Assembly (NCBI GenBank): GCA_036785375.1
Contig: JAWMAR010000231.1
Span: 2,666,001-2,730,000 of the forward strand
DNA from: Leucoraja ocellata
Lineage: Eukaryota
Length of the DNA stretch: 64,000 nucleotides
Reading direction: 5' to 3'
Shown here: one piece after another, positions 25,701 to 37,700 of the stretch
Numbering within the stretch: the stretch's first letter is position 1
Layout: the number at the start of each line of letters is the position of its first letter
Translations under genes and position numbers: made by a program
Notes under the pieces: generated by a model
Told to the model about the DNA's origin: nothing
Database searches by the model: none
The model's input: the letters and a program-made list of their open reading frames with translations, nothing else

Positions 25701-28700
25701 GGGGGGCGGGGGAAACTTTAAAAATCAATCCCCTGCACGGAGAACCCAACCTTTTCTCTGTCGGGTCTCCGTTGTCGTTGGGGCCTAGCACCATGGAGCG
25801 GCCTCCAGCAGGAACGACCAGGGGCTCCAGTCACGGAGCTGCGGACCTACTCACCATCGTGGAGCTGGCCGAGTTCGGAGCGGGTGGAGCTGTGGTGGCG
25901 CTCGGCTGCGACCTGACCCCGGAGATTCGGAGCTCCAACCACAGGTCTGGTGGACAGTAACACCGGGAGCCCGCGGGTCCCTGCTGGGAGACCGCTTTTC
26001 GGGGCTTCCGCAACGGCGACTTCACCCGCCCGAGTTGCCGGGTTGAAGATGACCTGGAACGGGGCCTTACATCATCGCCCGGTGTGGCTTGGAATGGCTG
26101 TGGGAATTTGATAGCGCATGCCGGGGGCTCCAACAACAAGACCCGGAGCGCGGCCTTGCATCATCCGGCGCGGCGTTAATGGCCGCGGGACAATTACCAT
26201 CGCCCGCCGGGGGCTTTGACTCTGACATCGGGAGGGGAATGGGGAGTGCAGGGGAGAGATAAGTTTTTGCCTTCCATCACAGCGAGGAGGAGATGCGCTG
26301 TGATGGATGTTTGTGTAAATTGTGTTGTGTCTTGGTTCTTTCTGGTGTGTATGACTGCAGAAACAACATTTTGTTTGAACCTCAATGGGGTTCAAATGAC
26401 AACAAATAATTTGTATTGTATTGTATTGCATTGTATTGTATTGGTGAGTTATCTCCAACTGTTACAACTGGAGTTATTGCTGCTGCTATGTCACAATAAT
26501 AAGCTAAGATAGGTTAACCATAAAACAAGTAGTTCTTCAACTGCTGAGGTACAATTAAGGATGACTAGCCTCCACTATGGTTTTGTGGATCCTGAGGTGG
26601 CTGAAGCATCAATATAGGAACACAGATTTTGTTCCACTAATGAGGCACAGTTACCACAAAACAGTTTCTTCCTGGCAATCTTTTTTCATTTCCTTTATGA
26701 ATTTCTTCCTGTTGTGATCTCATCTCTTCTCTCCCGTAGCCATGCAACAACACACGTGACTCCTCCAACTATGACCAGATTGGAGATGTACGGATAGTCG
26801 ACTAAAAACATAATAGGACTATATATTTATTTTATCCCTTTTTGAAAGCCACTAATTTAGCCACGATGTCTGAGGCTTAAACTTTTCCACCCCTTCCTTT
26901 GAAAGTTATAGCTGGTTTAATATACCTGTTGGCTCCAGGAGATGTAATGATCTGTTTGCACATTGACATCACCACATACACCCATGTTTGCCAATAAACC
27001 ATTTTGTTTTGCAACATATTAAAGCCCCATTAAAAACCACATTTGTTATTTCATTATTTACCATTCTCCTGTTACCTTCCACATTTACCAAAGCGTTCTT
27101 TCATTATTCCCAGAACCATAAACCCACACCCATCTTTATTTGGTAATTTGCAACTATTTCAAGTAACAATATTTTTTTAAAGAGGAAAAAAATTATAACA
27201 AAATGAAGGTAACTTTGCAGGTGAATTTGCTAAACTTGCTAAGCACAACACAGCAATGATAGTCAAAAGGTACACAAAAATGCTGGAGAAACTCAGCGGG
27301 TGCAGCAGCATCCATGGAGCGAAGGAAATAGGTAATGTTTCGGGCCGAAACCCTTCTTCTTCTAATGATAGTATTCAGTTATGTCCATCCTCAAGCTGTT
27401 AAGTAATTTGATTTTAACAAATGATAATTATTTTGTTTAGGCAGCTTTGAAAAGTGACAAAATAAGAACGGAGGAAAATGCAGTCCACTGTCTACGATGC
27501 AAGTCCCCGGCAGATACTGTTCTCAAATTACCCAAATCACATCCAAAGCTACATCACAATTTGTCGCCATTCCTATCCGATTACATTGTGGCCTAACAGA
27601 ACATTCTCTCAAGGCAAGTTCCAGTATTTAGCTTAAATTAAACTTGAAAAGTTTTTCTTCAATGAGTAATCTTTGGCTACTGTATAGAAACATAGAAACA
27701 TAGAAAATAGGTGCAGGAGTAGGCCATTCGGCCCTTCGAGCCTGCACCGCCATTCAATATGATCATGGCTGATCATCCAACGCAGTATCCTGTACCTGCC
27801 TTCTCTCCATACCCCCTGATCCCCTTAGCCACAAGGGCCACATCTAACTCCCTCTTAAATATAGCTAATGAACTGGCCTCAACTACCTTCTGTGGCAGAG
27901 AATTCCAGAGATTCCCCACTCTCTGTGTGAAAAATGTTTTCCTCATCTCGGTCCTAAAAGATTTCCCCCTTATCCTTAAACTGTGAGCCCTTGTTCTGGA
28001 CTTCCCCAACATCGGGAACAATCTTCCTGCATCTAGCCTGTCCAACCCCTTAAGAATTTTGTAAGGTCTATAGGATCCCCCCTCAATCTTCTATATTCTA
28101 GCGAGTACAAGCCAAGTCTATCCAGTCTTTCTTCATATGAAAGTCCTGACATCCCAGGAATCAGTCTGGTGAACCTTCTCTGCACTCCCTCAATGGCAAG
28201 AATGTCCTTCCTCAGATTAGGAGACCAAAACTGTACGCAATACTCCAGGTGTGGTCTCACCAAGACCCTGTACAACTGCAGTAGAACCTCCCTGCTCTTA
28301 TACTCAAATCAAATTGTGAACTTTAATTCCAGCCATACCCGAGTTGTTGGTCATTTTGAGTTTTTGTTACCTTGATTGATTAATTTGAATATACAGTTTG
28401 GAAACAGTCCACATTGACCATCAACCAACATTCACACTAGTTCATGTTATTTTGCTATGAATGCTAACATACCATTCGCTTTCTTCACTGCCTGCTGCAC
28501 CTGCATGCCTACTTTTAATGACCGGTGTACCATGACACCCAGGTCTCGTTGCATCTCCCCCCTTTCCTAATCGGCCACCATTTAGATAATAGTCTACTTT
28601 CCGGTTTTTGCCACCAAAGTGGATAACCTCACATTTATCCACATTATACTGCATCTGCCATGCATTTGCCCACTCACCCAGCCTATCCATGTCACCTTGC

Positions 28701-31700
28701 AACCTCCCAGCATCCTCCACACAGCTAACACTGCCCCCCAGCTTTGTGTCGTCCGCAAATTTGGAGTTGTTGCATTCAATTCCCTCGTCCAAATCATTAA
28801 TATATATCGTAAATAGCTGGGGTCTCAGCACTATAGTTTTGGGAAAGAGGGGGATTTCAGTTCAGGAGCCCATTACTCCTTCTTATCCATGTCCCAGAGA
28901 TAATGGAGCAGGTTCTACGGCTTTATTAACTCTCTGCTGTTGTAAAGAACAGTGGGAAAAGTTATCTTAAAAGCAGACCTAAGATTATGTCTTCAATTAG
29001 ACTTCAATTTCAAGAGAGCTAGATTTAGCTCTTAGGGCTAAAGGAATCAAGGGATATGGGAAAAAAGCAAGCCCTTCGAGCCTGCACCGCCATTCAATAT
29101 GATCATGGCTGATCATCCAACTCAGTATCCTGTCCCTGCCTTCTCTCCATACCCCCTGGTCCCTTTAGCCACAAGGGCCACATCTAACTCCCTCTTAAAT
29201 ATAGCCAATGAACTGGCCTCAACTACCTTTTGTGGCAGAGAATTCCAGAGATTCACCACTCTTTGTGTGAAAAATGTTTTTCTCATCTCGGTCCAAAAAG
29301 ATTTCCCCCTTATCCTTAAACTGTAACCCCTTGTTCTGGACATGATACTAAGCTCAATTATTAACTTTTATGGACTGTCTTTGTTTGCACTAAGAACTTT
29401 TATTTTGTACTAGAACTGTGGTTATTAATTTACTGATCTTTTGTTTATTATATATTATCTATGTATATTGCGTTTACTGGCCCATTATGATGCTGCAAGG
29501 AAGAATCTTTGTTCCGTTGTCAGTACATATGACAATTAACCACTCTTGAAGACTCTTGACAAAATATGACAATTTCAAGGCATGAAATGCAGAAAGAACC
29601 AGATAAATGGAAGGATCAAGGACAAAGCAACGCTCAGCATTCAGCTGTCTTTTTTTATTTCAGGTGCTGACAGTTTTGATGTCTAGCAGATTTGATCAGC
29701 AGAATGCAAAGTTTGAATGATTACACCAGCACAATTGAACTCAGTTTAAGGAAATGGAAATAAAATAATGAATTCAGTAAAAATGCCTGCCAGTTTGTTG
29801 TGTCACCTTTCATATTTTTTGTATCACTGCTGGCAAATTCATTTCACTGCACCTTCGGGTATATGTGACGAATAAAATTGACTTTGACATTGACATATTT
29901 CACATGGGTATCTGTATATGACTGCAGGCTATCACCAATGTGATTCATTCTTAACTGCCCTCTTCAGCAGCCTATTGAGGCACTCTATGGCATCAATCTG
30001 CTACTACTGAGAGCCCACCATCACTGTCTCAATACAATGAATGCCAAATCTATTAGTATCTCTCAAGTATCCAAGAACCATCCTATGTTGCAGCACTCCT
30101 ACCATTTTAACATGACCCTGTGGGTAAATTTACTTAACCTCACAGTCTTGGCCAAAGTAAAACAGTACATTTCTTCCGTAAAATCAATAAATATATAGCG
30201 TCACACAATTAACATCATTACAATGTGACAATGAATTTGTACCAAACCCTGACAAGAACATGATAAGTAGAGAGAGACACACAAAATGCTGGAGTAATAG
30301 GACTATTTTTACCCAAAACATCACCCATTCCTTCTCTCCAGAAATGCTGCCTCTCCCGTTGAGTTACTCCAGCATTTTGTGTCTATCTTCAGTGTAAACC
30401 AGAATCTGCAGTTCCTTTCTGCACAAGTAGAGATAGATTTATGGAAGAGGTCTCAACCAAAGCAGCAATCATAGAAACATAGAAAGTTGGTGCCATTCGG
30501 CCCTTCGAGCCAGCACCGCAATTCAATATGATCATGGTTGATCATCCAAAATCAGTACCCAGTTTCTGCTTTCTCCCCATATCCTTTGATTCCATCAGCC
30601 CCAAGATCTAAATCTAACTCTCTTGAATACATCCAGTGAACTGGCCTCCACTGCATTCTGTGATAGAGAATTCCACAGATTCACAACTCTCTGTGTGAAA
30701 AGGTTTTTCCTCACCCGAGTCCTAAATGGCCTACCCCTTATTCTTAATCTGTGATCCCTGGTTCTGGACTCCCTCAACATCAGGAACATTTTTCCTGCAA
30801 CTAGCCTGAAATAGAATATAAAACTCTTAAGGGGTTGGAAAGAATTTGATATTTCTATAAGATCAATCAGTTTCCCCAAACACTGACCAAAGCACTGCTA
30901 AATAATTACCAGTACTTCTTGGCTGAATTGACAATCGAGGATAGGCACAAACTGCAGGAGTAATTTGGCATTGCTGAAGGAATGGGTGACCCTTGACAAT
31001 CAAGGCTTTCAATCAAGGAGCAATCAAGGAATGCCTTCTCTTCTAATTTGACGTATTTTCAACATGTTCTAACGAGTGCATCACCTCTGCAAGTTGGTTG
31101 GGAAGAAACTCCCAAGCAAAACAAAAGAAACAAGGGAGGGAAGGGAAGAAAGAGAAAGTGAAGAGAATTTCCCAGTAAGAACACTTTAAGAATTTGCAGG
31201 TTAATTGGCTTCTGTAAATTGCCCCTAATGTATAGGGAGTGGACGAGAGAGTGGAATAACATGAACTAGTGTGAATGTTGGTTGATGGTCAATGTGGACT
31301 GTTTCCAAACTGTATATTCAAATTAATCAATCAAGGTAACAAAAACTCAAAATGACCAACAACTCAGGTATGGCTGGAATTAAAGTTCACAATTTGATTT
31401 GAGTATAAGAGCAGGGAGGCTCTACTGCAGTTGTACAGGGTCTTGGTGAGACCACACCTGGAGTATTGCGTACAGTTTTGGTCTCCTAATCTGAGGAAAG
31501 ACATTCTTGCCGTACAGGGAGTACAGTGAAGGTTCACCAGACTGATTCCTGGGATGTCAGGACTTTCATATGAAGAAAGACTGGATGGACTCGGCTTGTA
31601 CTCGCTAGATTTAGAAGATTGAGGGGGGATCTTATAGAAACAGGCTAGATGCAGGAAGATTGTTCCCGATGTTGGGGAAGTCCAGAACAAGGTGTCACAG

Positions 31701-34700
31701 TTTAAGGATAAGGGGGAAATCTTTTAGGACTGAGATGAGAAAAACATTTTTCACACAGAGAGTGGTGAATCTCTGGAACTCTCTGCCACAGAAGGTAGTT
31801 GAGACCAGTTTGTTGGCTATATTTAAGAGGGAGTTAGATGTGGCCCTTGTGGCTAAAGGGATCAGGGGGTATGGAGAGAAGGCAGGTACAGGATACTGAG
31901 TTGGATGATCAGCCATGATCATATTGAATTGCGGTGCAGGCTCGAAGGGCCGAATGGCCTACTCCTGCACCTATTTTCTATGTTTCTAATTGTACTTAAC
32001 AACATTAATGAGGATGGTGAAGGGGGATGAGGTATAGATTGTAGCTGTAGACGCAAGGAACGGCAGATGCTGGAATCTTGCAGAGGACACAAAGTGCTAG
32101 AGTAAGTCAGCAAGTGGGGTTGCATCACCGGAGGACGTGGAAAGGCTACGTTTCATATCAGGATTGTTCTTCAGACTGGGTAACTGAGCAGTGCCTGGAA
32201 CACAAAATGCTGCAATGACTCAGCAGCGCGTAGAATGCAGAATGCTCCATGTCTGAAGAAGGGCACCAACCCTAAAAGGTTTATACAGATTGTAGATGGT
32301 CATGTTGATAATTACTGCTGCTCCACACAAGTTTATAAAAGTCGCTATGATTGACCCAATGCCGCAGCATCCATAAGATGGCAGCTATGTTTTCTTCTCC
32401 TCCCTGAAACCACCTGCCAACATTTCTGAAACATCACTGAGTGCAAGGCTGCTAAATGTCAGTCTAACTGCTCCCTTTTGCAGCCAGCATCAGTCAGCAA
32501 AAGCTCCTTTACGTCTAACATCACACAAGTCTGATGATCCATTCCTGGTAGTAATTATACTGTAACACATGGTAATTCACATACTGCATTGAGATTTGCT
32601 GCATGGTGAACATTGAGCAGCAACAGAAAGGAGATATTTGGCCCATTTTAGCATACTAGCCCAGGTTGACAATATGAGTTTATGGATGAAGGCATGGACA
32701 ATGCTAAATGTGGACACTTAGTTCAGTTTAGAGATACAACGTGGAAACAGGCCCTTTGGCCCACCGAGTCCGCACCGACCAACGATCCTCACACATTAAC
32801 ACAAGCCTACACACACTATGGACGATTTACACATACCAAGTATACAAACCCTAGCCAATTAACGTACAAACCTGTACGTCTTTGGATTGTTGGAGGGAAC
32901 CGAAGATCTCGGCGAAAACCCACGCGGTCACCGGGAGAAGGTATAAACTCCGTACAGAGAGCACCCGTAGTCGGGATTGAACCCCGGTCTCTGGCGCTGC
33001 AAGCGCTGTAAGGCAGCAACTCTACCACTGCCCCACGTAACCCAGTTGTCTTCAGAAACCCCGATAAACAGAAGCATGCCACCATGCAGGGAAAGGTCCT
33101 ACCTTTGCTTCATCACTGATGTCCCATGTAAAGGAGATGGCATTGTAAGCGATTTCTTCAATGTTACTAATAGTGTTGAAACTTTCTTTGTAATCAGCTG
33201 CGGAACAATCACAGAAATGAGGAGCAAATTATTATTTCATGCAATTTTTAAAAGTTTTTATAAACCATGTTTTAAAACTGCTTGTGTCTTGCCAAGTTCA
33301 AGTCTTGGGTTCAAACACCGATCTGTACACTGAATCACCATTTTCCCATTAGTCACACCATATGCAAAATAATTAACGTTGCCAGGCAAAGTTTCTGAAC
33401 GTGCTCCCAACATAGAACATTGTGTGCTGAAAGCGCATAAACGTAGGGTGTATGCAGTATGAAGGGTCCTGAACCAAAATGTCATCTCTTCATTCCCTCC
33501 AAAGATGCTGCTGAGATCCCCCAGCATTCGGTGTTTTGCTCAAGATTCCAGTGTCTGCAGTTTCTTCCGTCTCCACACACTAGCTTTTCTTCCTTTCAGA
33601 AGTTGATAGTGCTTTTGTTCAGGCTTACTGCTTACGCAAATTTAATTGCCAGACGTGACGGTTACTGGAGCTTTAACTTTTTCAGAGACTAGGGGGATGA
33701 GTGCAAAAAATGGGTTGTTGTGAAATGCAAAGCTGCCCGTATTATCCTGCTATTATCTAACACTTTACATTGCTGTTCAGATTCGCCTGATTTCATAGTG
33801 GCCTTAAAGCTGCACTAAGCACCTGACAATTGGCACCCTCTGGCAGTCTGGCTGATTGGGGCCATGTGTCTGCATTACCTTATTCCAAATGTGAAGTCTC
33901 AAAGCAGAGGGCCTCGGGGTCAAGACCAAAGCACTGATTTTCCCAGTAGTCTAGGAGAGCTGGAGGGTAAGGAGGAGTTAACTGTCTAAGGTAGACATTA
34001 ACCCGGTGTCAAGAGGGGCTACTAATACTCCCTCAAACAATTAGCAATTTGCATTTCTTAACCAGATTAGACAGTTAATCTGAATGTCCAAATTCTGTAC
34101 TGATGTTCTCAGCCTATCTATTCTTTGCAGCTTCTTCACTAAAATAAATTGCCTCAAAATTCATCCCATGTCAGCAGTCCTAATGAATTGCCATTACCAA
34201 CCAGAGGTAATTTACAGGTGGGAATATCTTCTAAATCAGGTATGCATGGTTTGCACCCGGCTTCCAGGAGACTTGCAGGCTGGGTTGTACAGCGTTCAGC
34301 TTTGCCTTTAATGAAAAGTTCTGTTCAGAAATCAACTCAAGGCCTCACAGGTTAGACTCATGTGTTTGGAATTGCAACAATATGCATTGACGCCTTGCAT
34401 GACAATCAGCTATGACTAACCTATAATTATTTGAACCTTGCTATTGTTGTTAGGTTGCAAGGCAAATCTCTGCGGTCTTTCACAGTTAAAAGTTGAGGAA
34501 AGAAGGGAATTTGCATACGTGTCAGTTTATGACCGACTAAAGATCAGGATTAAATATCATCCTTAAACTCCAAACTCATGATGCTTTCTGAAATAGAATT
34601 ACCCTTGAGCACAATTCCAGTCTTCTGCCAAACATATACCCTCACTGGTGACTTGTGCTGAACTCCTATTCCTCAAGTTTCATTGATCCTCCAGGGGGGG

Positions 34701-37700
34701 GAAAAAATAACCCGATTCAAAAGAGTCATTTCTCACAAAAGCAAAATTTGCGGAATTTATCGAAATAATTTAATTCCTTTTCCTGGCAATCTGCCAACAT
34801 CATTACGATCCAGGATCTTGTGCCGACACAATACGTCCCCTTAAATTCCATGCAATGAGTACACACCTCACCCGACTCAGATGTACTTCCTTGTAATGCT
34901 TAAGGAGACAACCAAAGCAACAAGCAGTGAGTCCTTGGCTAAGTGTAGAAGCGAAACCCAACACCACAGTCAGTTCGCAGAATCAGCCCTCAGACACAAG
35001 ACTCAAACACAATTCAGACCAATGAAACAAAAAACTGTAGAAACAAGAAACTGCAAATGCCGGTCAAAACAAGTGTTGGAGTAACTCAACAGGTCAGGCA
35101 GCATCTCTGGAGAACATGGATATGTGACATTTCGGGTCGAGAAATGTCTTCATCGGACAAAAAACTCCTTGCCATCACATTGTGCCATACTTTTACGTCT
35201 GTGCCCAAACAATGTGATCACCTTATAACTGTAATTAACACTGATTCAATAACAAGTTCCATTTATATTGTGTCTTTAATATACAGATATTCCAAGTGTC
35301 ATTGGGGTTCTCTTCTACACTTAGCCAAAAACTATAAAATCCTTAAGCATTTTAAGGAATTATATATGTTGGGCAAGGTGTGTACTTATTGCATGGAACT
35401 TAAGGGGAGGTATTGTGTAGACACAGGTTCCTGGATCATAATGATGTTGGCAGATTGCCAGGAAAAAGAATCAGATTATTTCTATAAACTCTCTAGATCT
35501 GGCTTTTGTGAGAGCCTGTTAAATAAAAAAAAAATACAAAATCACATGAGATGATGTCAAGACAAACAATCAAAGGATTAGTCAGAGGGTCACAGTTAAA
35601 CAGGCCGAAAACAGACCCTTGGGCTCAACTTGTCCCTTCCAACCAAGTTGCCTTATGAGCTAGTGCTACTTGCGTGCTCTCTGGCCCATAACCCTCCAAA
35701 CCTTTCCTTTCCATGTACCTGTCCGAGTGTCCTTTAAATGTCGTAATTGTACCACTTCCTCTGACAGCCTGTTCCTTATCAGCACCACCCTCTGATTAAA
35801 AAATGTTACCCCCTCCGGTCCATTTTAAATCTTTCCCCTCCCACCAAAGATGTTTATGCAGGGAATTTCTTAGGGAATGTCTGTGGTGGGACGATTAAAT
35901 TCAGGGATCGGCAACAGGGTACAGGCTAGAGGCTTCTTAGAGTGTTGTGGAACAGAAGAAATGCTTCTCTGTTAGTTAGGCAGTTCCTTGGAGTCGAGAT
36001 GAGATTACAGAGATAAAGGGGGGTGAGATTTCAGAGCAGGGGAAAATTTAAAAAATGTGTCTTCATTTTGTAACACAGGAATTGGTAGGCAGACTGTGAA
36101 GGGAATGAGGACACAGGCAACAGTTTAGGTTGATGTCATATTTACGGAGAGTAGATGAATGTGGTACACCAAATCCAGGAGAGAATGTAGTAGCAGCAGC
36201 ACATTAGTAAAAACAGGTGATGTCGCAGATATGACAATGGGCGGACGGGCCAATAATGCAAATGCGTGGCTCAAGGCTTAACTCAAGATCAGATTATATT
36301 AATAAGATTAAAAATATACGGGAAACCGAGAACAACAGCGGCACGGTGGTGCAGCTGACCTGACTTGACTTGACTGTAGCGTTGCTGCCTTATAGTGCCA
36401 CAGATGCGGGTACTCTATTGCCTATGGGTGTTGTTTATATGGAGTTTGTATGTTCTCCCTGTGACCTGCGTGGGTTTTCTCCAGGATCTCCGGTTTCCTC
36501 CCACCATACAGAGATGTACAGGTTTGTAGGTTAATTGGCTTGGTAAAATTGTAAATTGTCCCTAGTGCGTGTAGGATCGTGTAAGTGTGCGGGGATCGCT
36601 AGTCGGCGCAGACTTGGTGGGCCGAAGGGCCTGTTACCACGCTGCATCTCTAAACTAAACTACAACCTAAAAATAACTTCAGATGTATTTACCCACGGAT
36701 GTGGGATAGTATTGTTTACAAGTTGTTTCCCCACAGCATTGTGCATTGGATTCAAATCAAGATCCGCTGAAATTATCATCCCAATGTGACTTGAATCAGA
36801 AGGTGGGGAAGCAAAAGGTTCCACAACATAAGTGGCTCAGCGTCAGTAGCATTTAACAGTTCAGAAGTTGGAAAGTGCATGTTGTTGAGTGTTCCATTTG
36901 GTTAGTTGTCCTCTGGTGATTAGTGAATCTAATTAGTGGGATGGGTGGCGCTCTTTCCATAAACATGTCACAGAAGAGTCGCGACAATCAGGGACATCTA
37001 CAGTAGAGTTCTGTGAGGCTTAGAGAGGCAACCTGCACTCAGATGTTTCATCAATCTAACAGGGACATGCAGGTCTTTCCAAGAATGTCTGAGCATATCA
37101 CATTTCTCAAGACTGGTTTTCTCTGCCCTCAACACCCTCCAGCAAGAAGGTCGGTGTTATTCTGAGGTCAGGGTCTGCCAGAGGCTGTAAAGGTGACCTG
37201 ATCTTTTTCACCTTAAGACTGTTCCCACGTCTCCAAACATTGTTCTGGTTCATCCCAAGGATAGCAAACCTATAAGTGCATCGAAGGAAGGGATACCCAT
37301 ACCATATTTTCCACAGTGAATTATTGTGTATGTGAGGGCAAAGCAAAATATTCAGCCCACAGGGACAACATGGGGATCACAGCACATCACGTGGTCCCAA
37401 ATACATTGTTAATTCCTTTTAAAAAAGTGGTTTGTTTCTGAAGAAAAGCAAGTAATAGTTTTATACCGATGTCAATGCAGCGCTGTTTTGCAGTATGCTG
37501 CCGGGAGTGCCAGTATTTCCAGTGCCTGAGTTGTTCATCACGGATTTTATCATCGCCGAAAACAACCATTATTACGCTCTGAAAATGGGAAGAAATGGTC
37601 ATTGTCACTGTTCATCGCAACAACCACATGGAAACTTTCACCAGTGCTAGTTTGTAAATGGAAATGATATAAATGCTAAGAAATCCCTGGGCTTGTTGGA

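Noticed and set aside
25555-26512. Cluster of 60-130 aa ORFs suggesting a nested gene
   Set aside because: Explained by high GC content of a retroposon; no recognisable domain or splice structure.
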